Positions 11,501-17,894 of a stretch of DNA of 20,000 bases are shown in pieces; the first letter of the stretch is position 1; each line of letters starts with the position of its first letter. The position numbers were made by a program, and so were the translations under genes. The notes under the pieces were generated by a model, which was given only the letters and a program-made list of their open reading frames with translations, did not search any database and was not told the origin of the DNA. This stretch comes from an uncultured virus (IMG/VR IMGVR_UViG_2844359394_000002) (taxonomy: Duplodnaviria > Heunggongvirae > Uroviricota > Caudoviricetes): the IMG/VR virus record IMGVR_UViG_2844359394_000002; one strand, 5' to 3'.

Positions 11501-11736
11501 TCGAATCCCTTGAATCCGGTATCGACGGCCTTGTCATCCTTACCGTCATAGATGCCTACATCGACCTGATCAACTGGTTCAATAATGAGTCTTATGGCGG
11601 AGAACCGTACTACGATAACGTAACGCTGGACAACATCAATGAAGTCCTTGAATATTATAACGGCGAAACCTACGAAGAATATCTCGAACGCTTCGCTGAA
11701 GACAATATGGATATTAATGATTTAATCAACAAGTAA
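5563..11736 (+). CDS. Giant multidomain putative tail-associated protein (tail-fibre linker motifs, Ig/LamG-like region, CotH-kinase-like domain, C-terminal leucine-rich repeats), 2057 aa
   Basis: Tail-fibre-type linkers GKANGIAPLNEESKVP, LGEGEEEAFPGNRGK and ATLEQAGLLSAEDK. CotH-like motifs QGTTSAKRPVKN (8911), DQRAKN (10048) and YDCDT (10159). LxxLxL repeats at about 10840-11360. Confidence 0.7.
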   Translation: MTESEKQQIISLVLQALKTNSLTIEQLADTTELSRDMYVEVSGGRKISIDLLSSTIAKMVNGDFDALVENVNKIAKDLSDGDAELLKRITGVSDKSNPLTDPFKSIGSFTTIGSFKDKLKTMYSGDSSIGNYRCILSVDSSKIPVNIQIERLELNKVCQSFTSCIQLATMSDNAEGVYLGTVCTISRIGIVSNESVAWGKWTSVINDFEERIGKANGIAPLNEESKVPSECLPEPLSLGEGEEEAFPGNRGKSLEDTMKNIPSDIIKPGSFSVLSDASYLDVYFKKVSKTTGKETDDSFRLPSATLEQAGLLSAEDKQALEDMKSGTPADDVTHPIVIVDEIRPLKDGYYTLETAIAAIVSYQQESGVKYERTGLIITYKTGEYEMETRQFQGAVSDFATPSLWKPFGNGGGGSVFETSDEPAEGGKDAFSTGGAYAYVPANLDVNVETEGIVKLQMKNAAGETLGDEVQFAIGTGGGGQTGGTIVAIAFQSTPVYGSYGSTLRTFAAIRSVTSNGVESSDNLIEKLELVDRESGLTVWTETVNKASSGDMKDFSFELDFTTYFTAAGTRKFKLIATDESGNTGSKNVNVTAVDITCTCVQVLNYTPETLLTPTTESFSLPLYKFGNNTSDKGISAQVDIKINGEWQSLSTTVVNDNYSHSVVIRPASLGLEHGTYPLRIQGTDVASGVKGNVIYTAVMVIDPNSSTPLVALRYDDKNGGVVRLYETVELDVACYDPLEMTSPVSVKANNVQVTQIAASRNKTYQVKQQLQGYKADGTDTVNYTAVCKDVTSEPVRVTVSGSAIDAAIKEGAIYNFDFSSRTNQETDHSIVSGNYEMKVDGANWTTNGFGTFLGENCLRVAENVGVSLNHAPFAGSSIESNGAAIQFAFASKNVTDDDALLLSCYDETSGAGFYVTGRVVGIFCNNGVSRREERAYRQGEKITVAVVVEPASNYVERDGTRYSMMKLFLSGEEVACLGYVPGGGSLIQTKYITMDGKLGDLYLYYMMAWNSYMEWAQAFKNYLVRLTDTEVMVKEYAFEDILKSQTAEGSTQSRPSAAEIYSRGMPYIVECPYEGSDIEALDGTTSTSTKIYITLYYFDPERPWRNFKAVSVQTRNQGTTSAKRPVKNKRYYLAKSKGKNKDTRIILLNPDDTTEEGRRAIALAAINKVQVGDNTIPVDVITVKVDYSDSGNANDCGACEMMNVTYRALGGNYMTPVQRAFDGTFDSGDLHIEDLQMNHSTANHPVATYRCKDDSLQNVYFHAKGNWKEDKGEQFALGFKDTPGYNKGCLNYGDFIEFFGTPDETLDAIEIRFKQTDGLDTDSVYLLSLYCGSSYRIMRYQDGVWKKQSGSMKYENGKWNVTGDILNPVEGFELLNYQGMDWFQGVGSVQDMMAMKTDKSSWVQKLVDNGTISADTFPAWTYYFESLVDDDQLAIDYALGKKVPYNLYRWLRFCDSCDYSKGGNWQRTWKENLYKYACPESVLSYDIFTDYLAATDQRAKNMQPMWFLEEYASVTDGVYSSEDAMRMYLNKIYDCDTLNSKDNDGGCTVDAEVDPNRTSDETFTNPYAGYGSVLFNNIYLQQVVWTDSSGTELSLRTVAAAMRNVQATIDGVTLHPFSPEGATHFFIDKRLKKWQKLVSSYDGERKYISYTATSDAIYFYALQGLGLTALPSFIERRWRIRDGYFQTGDFFSGVISGRVSSKSNATIRIVAAKNGYFGVGNDASGNLSESCFLEAGEEYVFTNFSHEEGALLYIYQADRMKLLDLSEISLSSTVSFSAMQLVETLILGSDTHTEQSIGSYAPLTSLNCGEMPFLVSLDIRNTQIATLVTDKCPRIAHINASGSKLENITLAETSPINDISLPATMTSLRFVGLPELTYTGLSAPSGLQIESMPNVQRLRLETSPKLDAIQMLRDVLASQTASRKLSMLRISNMTLKADGSELLAILEYGVAGMDEDGNRQDKPVVNGTYELTVIRETDEIESLESGIDGLVILTVIDAYIDLINWFNNESYGGEPYYDNVTLDNINEVLEYYNGETYEEYLERFAEDNMDINDLINK

Positions 11737-11738
11737 CT

Positions 11739-12527
11739 ATGACGAATGAACAAAGCGCAACGCTGCTTCGCTTGAATAAACAGGCACAAGTGGCAGCACT
11801 GAACGCCGTGGGCTTCTCGGATGTCACCGAGAATTCCCGCGCATCTGAATTTGGACAACGTATCAAGTGGGCCGCCGGTCTGCTTGATCTGCATCTTGCC
11901 TGTAATCGTATTTCGGATAACTCCAAGGCATACTTTACTGCTGCCGAATGGAACTCCCTTACGCTCGCTAATAAGCAACTGTATATCAAACGCGGGCTTC
12001 GTATCCGTGCCCATGGACACTCCTTCGTAATCGCCGCCCAGGAGTGCTATAATGCCGATATGACTACTACCTTCTATTGGGGCGGTCAGGGTAAAGCCAT
12101 AGACGGCCTGAACCAAAAAGGACTGGGTGCCATGTACGGCTGCTTCACGGGTGAGGAAGATACCGACCTGATTATCACTGGCCTGAAAGACCAAAACAAT
12201 AGCGGTGTAATCGGTGCGCCGGCTGCCGAAGCCGCCCGTGCATACCGTGCCTACACTTTGGAAAGTGACGGTATCGAGGATGAATCCAACTGGTTCCTTC
12301 CTTCATCTGGCCAAATGCTTCTGATGTACCGCTACCGGGATAAAATCAATGAGATGATGCGTACCTTTTGGAGTAGTGACAGTATGCTGATGACTGATAA
12401 ATACTACTGGTCATCAACAATTTGGGATACTAACTCCGCCTGGGCGTTCGAACTGAATACCGGGCGTATTACGAATCAAAACAAAAATTCAGCCCTTCTT
12501 CATGTGAGAGCTGTTGCTTCCGAATAG
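11739..12527 (+). CDS. C-type-lectin-fold (DUF1566-like) protein, non-diversified paralog of the DGR target
   Basis: Motifs WFLPSSGQM, YYWSST and terminal HVRAV. Colinear similarity with 12553-13362 (LLRLNKQ, FTAxEWNS, GAPAAE, TLESDGIED). Confidence 0.8.
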   Translation: MTNEQSATLLRLNKQAQVAALNAVGFSDVTENSRASEFGQRIKWAAGLLDLHLACNRISDNSKAYFTAAEWNSLTLANKQLYIKRGLRIRAHGHSFVIAAQECYNADMTTTFYWGGQGKAIDGLNQKGLGAMYGCFTGEEDTDLIITGLKDQNNSGVIGAPAAEAARAYRAYTLESDGIEDESNWFLPSSGQMLLMYRYRDKINEMMRTFWSSDSMLMTDKYYWSSTIWDTNSAWAFELNTGRITNQNKNSALLHVRAVASE

Positions 12528-12552
12528 TATTAACTTAATATTATACAATAAA

Positions 12553-13362
12553 ATGGATAAAAATATCGCCAACGCCATGCTTCTGCGCTTGAATAAACAA
12601 GACCAGATAGAAGCCTTAAAATCAATAGGTTTTACAACCGTGAATGAAAACACCCCCGCAAGCGACATCGCCAAATATATGCAATGGTCAGGTACGCTTC
12701 TTGACCTTTCTTTGGCTACGCTCCGGATTGAAGACGGTGAACAAGTCTTTTTCACGGCTTCCGAATGGAACTCCATGAGCGCAAATAACCGCTCCAAGTA
12801 TATCCGTATCGGCATCCGACTTCGCGCCGAATGCCACCAGTTCATTATCGCCAAAAGCGACTGCGTTGACGCAGGCGGCAATAAAACGTTCAAATGGGGT
12901 GGCTACGGAACTGACCTACGCGGCCTGAAAAACTACGGCAGTGGTAACCAAGGACTCTATGATACCTTCGACGGCAAGGAAAATACCGATGTTATAATAG
13001 AAACCCTTGCAGGCGTCAAGGACACCCAGGGAACTGTCGGCGCCCCTGCCGCCGAAGTTGCCAGAGCCTATAAAGCCTGTACGCTTGAATCTGACGGAAT
13101 TGAAGATACAACCGTGTGGAACCTGCCCGCATTGGGTGAACTTATGCTTATGGCCAAGTATAAAACCGAAATCAATGAGCTCATAACTTCTATGTTTGGC
13201 AATCAAAATATATTTACAAACGACTGGTATTGGTCTAGTACCGAATATGACGCTTCCAGCAGTTGGTACGTGGGCTTCAACTACGGCACCGTCTACACGT
13301 ACTACCGCCAGGGCGCGAGCCGGGTTCGTCCCCTCGCCGCAATAAACACTTTATCTCTTTAA
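12553..13362 (+). CDS. DGR target protein, C-type-lectin-fold (DUF1566-like) putative receptor-binding protein with C-terminal variable region
   Basis: Motifs WNLPALGEL, WYWSSTE and RVRPLAA. The 3' end matches the TR except at adenines. ATG at 12553 is preferred over the track's 12514 start because it aligns with the paralog's N-terminus and follows an A-rich RBS. Confidence 0.9.
   Translation: MDKNIANAMLLRLNKQDQIEALKSIGFTTVNENTPASDIAKYMQWSGTLLDLSLATLRIEDGEQVFFTASEWNSMSANNRSKYIRIGIRLRAECHQFIIAKSDCVDAGGNKTFKWGGYGTDLRGLKNYGSGNQGLYDTFDGKENTDVIIETLAGVKDTQGTVGAPAAEVARAYKACTLESDGIEDTTVWNLPALGELMLMAKYKTEINELITSMFGNQNIFTNDWYWSSTEYDASSSWYVGFNYGTVYTYYRQGASRVRPLAAINTLSL
13252..13342 (+). repeat. DGR variable repeat (VR)
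   Basis: 91-bp ungapped match to 14009-14099 with 11 mismatches, all where TR has A. Encodes ASSSWYVGFNYGTVYTYYRQGASRVRPLAA. Confidence 0.96.
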
Positions 13363-13391
13363 TTCTTTATCCCTTAGAGAGTTAGCTAAAT

Positions 13392-13413
13392 AAAAGCCCC
13401 GGTAGGGGCTTTT
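13392..13413 (+). promoter_or_regulatory. DGR target-recognition hairpin/cruciform (GRNA loop), probably also an intrinsic terminator
   Basis: Perfect inverted repeat AAAAGCCCC-GGTA-GGGGCTTTT about 50 bp 3' of VR. Loop GGTA fits the GRNA consensus of phage DGR hairpins. Confidence 0.8.
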
Positions 13414-13436
13414 CAGTTTCACTTTTTTGTGCTAAA

Positions 13437-13469
13437 ATTGTGTTAATTACTTTACAGTTATTAACTTTG
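13437..13469 (+). promoter_or_regulatory. Putative Bacteroidetes primary-sigma promoter for avd-TR-RT
   Basis: aTTG (13437-13440), 21 bp spacer, TAACTTTG (13462-13469), about 40 bp before the avd ATG. Confidence 0.6.
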
Positions 13470-13508
13470 CGCCCTCTAATACATACATTAAAATATTAAA
13501 AAATTAAC

Positions 13509-13916
13509 ATGGCACTTACACAAGACCTTCCTATATCAAATTCGATGTATAAGCTTCTGAATCTTATCATTGATGCCCGGCAACAATTCCCCAAGGCGTT
13601 CCGGTATGAATTTGGTACGGAGTTGATGATGCTTGCCGTCCATTGTTGCGAATATATCCGTTATGCAAATACAGATATGAACCTTGAGCACCGTGCAGAT
13701 TATCTGATGAAGTTTTTGTGTGAGTTTGATGCATTGAAATTACTGCTAAGAGTGTGTGAAGAACGACATTTGACCAGCCTGACTCAAACAGCCGAAATCT
13801 GTCTGCTTGCAGAGAGCATCGGTAAGCAAAGTACCGGCTGGTACAAAAAAACGGTTGCAGATCTCCAACGGCAAAAAGCTAACGGATCGCAACAAGTCGC
13901 AAAGCCGGAGTCATAA
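13509..13916 (+). CDS. avd: DGR accessory variability determinant (Avd-like four-helix-bundle protein)
   Basis: 135-aa helical protein with FPKAFRYEFG, LKLLLRV and IGKQSTGW motifs, located between VR and TR/RT. Confidence 0.88.
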   Translation: MALTQDLPISNSMYKLLNLIIDARQQFPKAFRYEFGTELMMLAVHCCEYIRYANTDMNLEHRADYLMKFLCEFDALKLLLRVCEERHLTSLTQTAEICLLAESIGKQSTGWYKKTVADLQRQKANGSQQVAKPES

Positions 13917-13930
13917 TCGCCAAGGGGATT

Positions 13931-15352
13931 ATGAGTGAGCAATTAGAATTATTTATTGGGCATCCCCCCGGTGATGAGCCGGGAAAGACTAAGATAGCGG
14001 ATGCAACGGCTTCCAGCAGTTGGAACGTGAACTTCAACAACGGCAACGTCAACACGAACAACCGCCAGAACGCGAACCGGGTTCGTCCCCTCGCCGCAAC
14101 AGGTAATATAATCTATGACATACTTCTTAGCAGTATTTTCGAAGCATCCGAAGATTGTGCCAGGCAGAAAAGAACGAGTACGGATTGTGTTGAGTTCTAT
14201 AATGATTATCAGTCCGCATTGGTGCGGCTATGGTATTCTATTATTTACGGTGAATATGTACCGGACTTTTCAAAAGTATTCATACGGACTTACCCGGTAT
14301 ATCGGGAGGTTTTTGCCGCCGCTTTCATTGATCGTGTTGTCCATCACTGGATCGCTCTTCGTATCGAGCCGATCTTAGAGGAACGCTTCCGGGAACAAGG
14401 AAACGTCTCCAAGAACTGCCGGAAAGGTGAGGGATGCTTGTCTGCCGTGCACTATCTGAATAACATGATAGTCGAGGTCAGTGAGAATTATACTGCCGAT
14501 GCGTACATTTTCAAAGATGACCTGTTCAGTTTCTTCATGTCTATCTCGAAATCGTTGGTATGGGAAATGCTGAACATATTCGTAAGGGACAATTATAAAG
14601 GCGATGATATTGAATGTTTGCTTTACCTTCTAGCCGTTACTATCTTTCATTGTCCACAAAATAAGTGTATCAGACGCTCTCCCGTCTCCATGTGGGACAA
14701 ACTTCCCAGTAATAAAAGTCTGTTTCATAATGACCCTGACAGGGGAGTGGCTATCGGGAACCTGCCGTCGCAACTCATAGCCAACTTTCTGGCGTCTGTA
14801 TATGATTATTTCGTGATGGAAATACTGGGATTCATGTATTATGTACGCTTTGTTGATGACTTTTGTATCGTAGTGAAATCACCGGAAGAAATATTGTCCA
14901 AAGTCCATCTTCTTGATGGTTTCCTGAAAGAACAACTCCTTTTACGGTTGCATCCACGCAAACTGTATCTTCAGCATTATAAAAAAGGAGTCTTGTTTGT
15001 AGGGGCGTTCATTTTGCCTGGTAGAATTTATGTATCTGACAGGGTGGTTGGTAACACATATAACGCTGTCAGGAAATTTAATAGAATAGCTGAAAATGGA
15101 TTTGCAGAAGCGTATGTTGAGAAGTTTGTGAGTACGATGAACTCTTATTATGGCCTGATGAAACACTTTGCAACGTACAATATCCGCCGTAGAATTGCAG
15201 CGATGTTACTTCCTGAATGGTGGGAATATGTTTATATCGAAGGACATTTTGAAAAGTTTGTATTGAAGAATAAATATAACCATAGAAAACAACTAATTAA
15301 ACATATCAAAAGACATGGATCAAAAAAATATCTTACCGCGTGGGATTGCTAA
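13931..15352 (+). CDS. DGR reverse transcriptase (the ORF reads through the TR in frame)
   Basis: RT motifs REVFAAAFIDRVVHHW, KDDLFSFFMSI, GVAIGNLPSQ (DGR-type SQ), catalytic YVRFVDD and GVLFVG. The start position is uncertain. Confidence 0.95.
   Translation: MSEQLELFIGHPPGDEPGKTKIADATASSSWNVNFNNGNVNTNNRQNANRVRPLAATGNIIYDILLSSIFEASEDCARQKRTSTDCVEFYNDYQSALVRLWYSIIYGEYVPDFSKVFIRTYPVYREVFAAAFIDRVVHHWIALRIEPILEERFREQGNVSKNCRKGEGCLSAVHYLNNMIVEVSENYTADAYIFKDDLFSFFMSISKSLVWEMLNIFVRDNYKGDDIECLLYLLAVTIFHCPQNKCIRRSPVSMWDKLPSNKSLFHNDPDRGVAIGNLPSQLIANFLASVYDYFVMEILGFMYYVRFVDDFCIVVKSPEEILSKVHLLDGFLKEQLLLRLHPRKLYLQHYKKGVLFVGAFILPGRIYVSDRVVGNTYNAVRKFNRIAENGFAEAYVEKFVSTMNSYYGLMKHFATYNIRRRIAAMLLPEWWEYVYIEGHFEKFVLKNKYNHRKQLIKHIKRHGSKKYLTAWDC
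14009..14099 (+). repeat. DGR template repeat (TR)
   Basis: Ten AAC codons in the VR reading frame. Identical to VR at all non-A positions. Confidence 0.96.
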
Positions 15353-15593
15353 GCCTATCGAGCAACAGCCGGACGGAACTTGGATTGTACGTCATCACTT
15401 CCGGGTGGTTGGTACCAGTGAGAATGGTGAAGAACTGGTAACTTTTGCCAGTTCGGAATATCCCGAGAAACCTACCTTGCAACAGATTCAAAGAAGTATT
15501 GACCGTTATCGGGTGTGTCTTACAATGTATGGAGATACGATTTCAGACGAAATAGAAAAGGTTGATCTTTCCGTGTATATGTTTACGGATTAA
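15315..15593 (+). CDS. Hypothetical protein, 92 aa
   Basis: ORF overlaps the RT 3' end by 38 bp and is followed directly by a terminator. Confidence 0.6.
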   Translation: MDQKNILPRGIAKPIEQQPDGTWIVRHHFRVVGTSENGEELVTFASSEYPEKPTLQQIQRSIDRYRVCLTMYGDTISDEIEKVDLSVYMFTD

Positions 15594-15615
15594 TAGTTCA
15601 ATCTGTTGGTTGTTT

Positions 15616-15643
15616 AGGGGTGCTTATCAAGCATCCCTTTTTT
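15616..15643 (+). terminator. Rho-independent terminator closing the DGR operon
   Basis: Stem AGGGGTGCTT / AAGCATCCCT, loop ATC, then a T run. Confidence 0.8.
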
Positions 15644-15721
15644 ATTTATGGAAAAAGTGAAAATTATAATGTCTTGTTTTATAGATATTTATCATAGAAT
15701 TGATTTCCAAGATTTTCCATT

Positions 15722-15755
15722 TTTGTAAAACTCGTTATTATACTCAATACATTTG
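15722..15755 (+). promoter_or_regulatory. Possible promoter for the lysis cassette
   Basis: TTTG (15722-15725), 22 bp spacer, TACATTTG (15748-15755). The spacing is slightly long. Confidence 0.4.
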
Positions 15756-15790
15756 TTCCATACAGAATATTTTATTAATAATTAAACGCT

Positions 15791-16084
15791 ATGAGTATGG
15801 GTATAAAAGTATTGTATGATTGGCTTTTGCAATCTAACCGACCGGCACACGTCAAAGCCGGGATGTTCGTCTTTGTTGTAATGCTTGTTTTCTGTTTCCT
15901 TCTATTAGGCATTGATTTCTGTAAATCTGCTATTGTTTCTTTAACGACAACCGCCATTGCCGCAATAGTGGTTGAGTACATTCAGAAAAAGTGCGGGTTC
16001 ATCTTTGATTGGCTTGACGCATTAGCTACTGTTTTGCTTCCTGGGCTGATTACTGTGTTTTCAATATTGGTAGTAACTTTATGA
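15791..16084 (+). CDS. Small multi-pass membrane protein at the head of the lysis cassette
   Basis: Three hydrophobic segments. ATGA overlap with the next gene. Confidence 0.65.
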   Translation: MSMGIKVLYDWLLQSNRPAHVKAGMFVFVVMLVFCFLLLGIDFCKSAIVSLTTTAIAAIVVEYIQKKCGFIFDWLDALATVLLPGLITVFSILVVTL

Positions 16085-16596
16085 TTAATATTATGAGATG
16101 GTTATATGAGTTATTTAATGTAGACCAGATACGAATTATTTTCGTTTCGATGTTCAGTTCTCTTCTTGCTTATTTAACGCCGACTAAAGGTTTTCTTATA
16201 GCATTAGTTGTAATGTTTGGATTTAATATTTGGTGCGGAATGAGGGCTGATGGTGTTTCAATTATACGTTGTAAAAACTTTAAGTGGGATAAGTTTAAAA
16301 ATGCCTTGGTCGAACTTCTCCTCTATCTTATAATCATTGAGGTAGTCTTCTCCTTTATGACCTTGATAGGAGACGGTGAGAACTCATTGTTAGTTATTAA
16401 GACTATTACGTATGTGTTCTCTTATGTGTATCTTCAGAACGCATTTAAGAATCTAATTATTGCTTATCCTAAAAACAAAGGGTTTCGTATTATCTATCAT
16501 GTAATACGCTTTGAATTTAAACGGGCCACGCCTACACATGTACAGGGAATTATTGATAGAATCGAGAACGAATTAGATAAAGAGGAAAAGATATGA
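16081..16596 (+). CDS. Putative holin
   Basis: Several TM segments and a charged C-terminus (RIENELDKEEKI). Immediately upstream of, and ATGA-coupled to, the endolysin. Confidence 0.65.
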   Translation: MINIMRWLYELFNVDQIRIIFVSMFSSLLAYLTPTKGFLIALVVMFGFNIWCGMRADGVSIIRCKNFKWDKFKNALVELLLYLIIIEVVFSFMTLIGDGENSLLVIKTITYVFSYVYLQNAFKNLIIAYPKNKGFRIIYHVIRFEFKRATPTHVQGIIDRIENELDKEEKI

Positions 16597-17174
16597 AAGT
16601 ATTGATTGATAATGGTCACGGTGAAAATACACCTGGTAAACGTTCACCGGACGGAAGATTGAGAGAGTGGGCGTATTCAAGAGAGATTGCCGATATGGTA
16701 GTAGTAGGATTGCGCAAGTTGGGAATTGATGCCGAGCGCATCGTTAAAGAGGATACAGATGTTCCATTGTCTGAGCGATGCCGACGGGCTAATGCTATTT
16801 ACAAGGAAGCAGGTAAAAAAGCTATCCTTGTATCTATTCATTGTAATGCAGCCGGCAATGGTAGTTCTTGGATGAGCGCAAAAGGTTGGAGCGTGTTTGT
16901 ATCGAATAATGCTTCTAGTAACAGCAAAAAATTAGCAGACTGCCTGGGACAAGTAGCAGAATGTATTCCGGTTCCCGTCCGAAAGCAGATGCCCGGACGG
17001 GAATACTGGGAACAGAATCTTGCCATCTGTCGGGATACTAATTGTCCGGCTGTATTAACAGAGAACTTCTTCCAGGACAATAAAGAGGACGTTGAGTACC
17101 TTTTGTCTCGGGAGGGTAAAGATGCAGTTGCTCAGATACATATTGAAGGAATCGTTAAATACCTGGGATTATGA
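16593..17174 (+). CDS. Endolysin, N-acetylmuramoyl-L-alanine amidase (Amidase_3)
   Basis: Zn-binding/catalytic motifs IDNGHG, LRE, VSIHCNA and PAVLTENFF. Confidence 0.93.
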   Translation: MKVLIDNGHGENTPGKRSPDGRLREWAYSREIADMVVVGLRKLGIDAERIVKEDTDVPLSERCRRANAIYKEAGKKAILVSIHCNAAGNGSSWMSAKGWSVFVSNNASSNSKKLADCLGQVAECIPVPVRKQMPGREYWEQNLAICRDTNCPAVLTENFFQDNKEDVEYLLSREGKDAVAQIHIEGIVKYLGL

Positions 17175-17680
17175 AAGCCTTGATTTATATAACCATATTC
17201 CTGATGTCGGGAATATGGTTTACTTCTTGTAAGACTTCTCGGAACATGGAGACGGAGAAGCAGATTGACTATTCAGGGGATTTCTTGTATCTGCAAAACT
17301 TGATAGAATCACTACGGTTGGATGTGAATAAGCAAACCAAGATTACTACTGACAAATTGAGTGATTTGAAGATTGAGAATAAAACAGTTTACTTGTCGTC
17401 TCCGGATTCAACTGGAAAGCAATATCCGATTAAAGAAAGTACTACTACTGCATCCAAGCAGGATCAGGAAAGAACAGAAGTTGATGAAACATTATCCATT
17501 ACTTTGCAGCAGTTCTCGAATCGACTTGATACTATTAGTAATAAGGTTAATGTTTTGCTGAATCAAAAAGAAACTGTCGTAGAACTATCATGGTGGGATT
17601 TACATAAGGATAAAGTGTATATAGGGATAATAGGTTTGTTTATTGTTGGTTGGATGGTATATAGGTCTAAAATAAAATAG
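17171..17680 (+). CDS. Lipoprotein with C-terminal TM helix; putative unimolecular spanin
   Basis: Signal peptide ending FTS-C (Cys20). C-terminal TM VYIGIIGLFIVGWMVY followed by RSKIK. Last gene of the lysis cassette. Confidence 0.65.
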   Translation: MKALIYITIFLMSGIWFTSCKTSRNMETEKQIDYSGDFLYLQNLIESLRLDVNKQTKITTDKLSDLKIENKTVYLSSPDSTGKQYPIKESTTTASKQDQERTEVDETLSITLQQFSNRLDTISNKVNVLLNQKETVVELSWWDLHKDKVYIGIIGLFIVGWMVYRSKIK

Positions 17681-17894
17681 CACTTGATTAGAGATCTTTG
17701 TGAATCACAAGCTTTTTGATTTCTTGCTACACATTTGTGACAGTAATGCATCAATATTAACGATGATTGCGATGTTTTTATGTTAAAAATGTATTAACAC
17801 TACGTCAGTAACAAGGTGAATATATTATTCATTTATAGGGATAAATAAAGTCTGTACTTATTTGAATAACAGGATTATACGTCGTTTTTAACTC

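Larger units (their letters stand above)
12553..15352 (+). mobile_element. Diversity-generating retroelement (target-VR, hairpin, avd, TR, RT)
   Basis: All canonical components are present in the BPP-1-like order, with adenine-specific VR/TR mismatches. Confidence 0.96.

Noticed and set aside
6036..12194. Numerous minus-strand and alternative-frame ORFs of 60-184 aa
   Set aside because: They are shadows of the long, GC-richer + strand genes, with no recognisable motifs or expression signals.
12430..12527. Second VR in the upstream paralog
   Set aside because: It differs from the TR at many non-adenine positions and lacks the shared GC-rich 3' segment and hairpin.
12514..12552. Longer start for the DGR target given by the ORF track
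   Set aside because: It overlaps the previous gene. ATG 12553 aligns with the paralog's N-terminus and has an A-rich RBS.
14021..14080. AAC-rich tract as a microsatellite or CRISPR-like repeat
   Set aside because: It is explained by the TR's AAC codons. There is no repeat-spacer periodicity anywhere in the window.
14115..14378. 87-aa ORF starting just after TR as the real RT start or a separate gene
   Set aside because: It is out of frame with the RT motifs and lies wholly inside the RT gene.
13931..15352. RT as group II intron, retron or Abi-type RT
   Set aside because: The SQ motif, adjacent avd and an adenine-specific TR/VR pair identify a DGR. No intron maturase/endonuclease or msr-msd context is seen.
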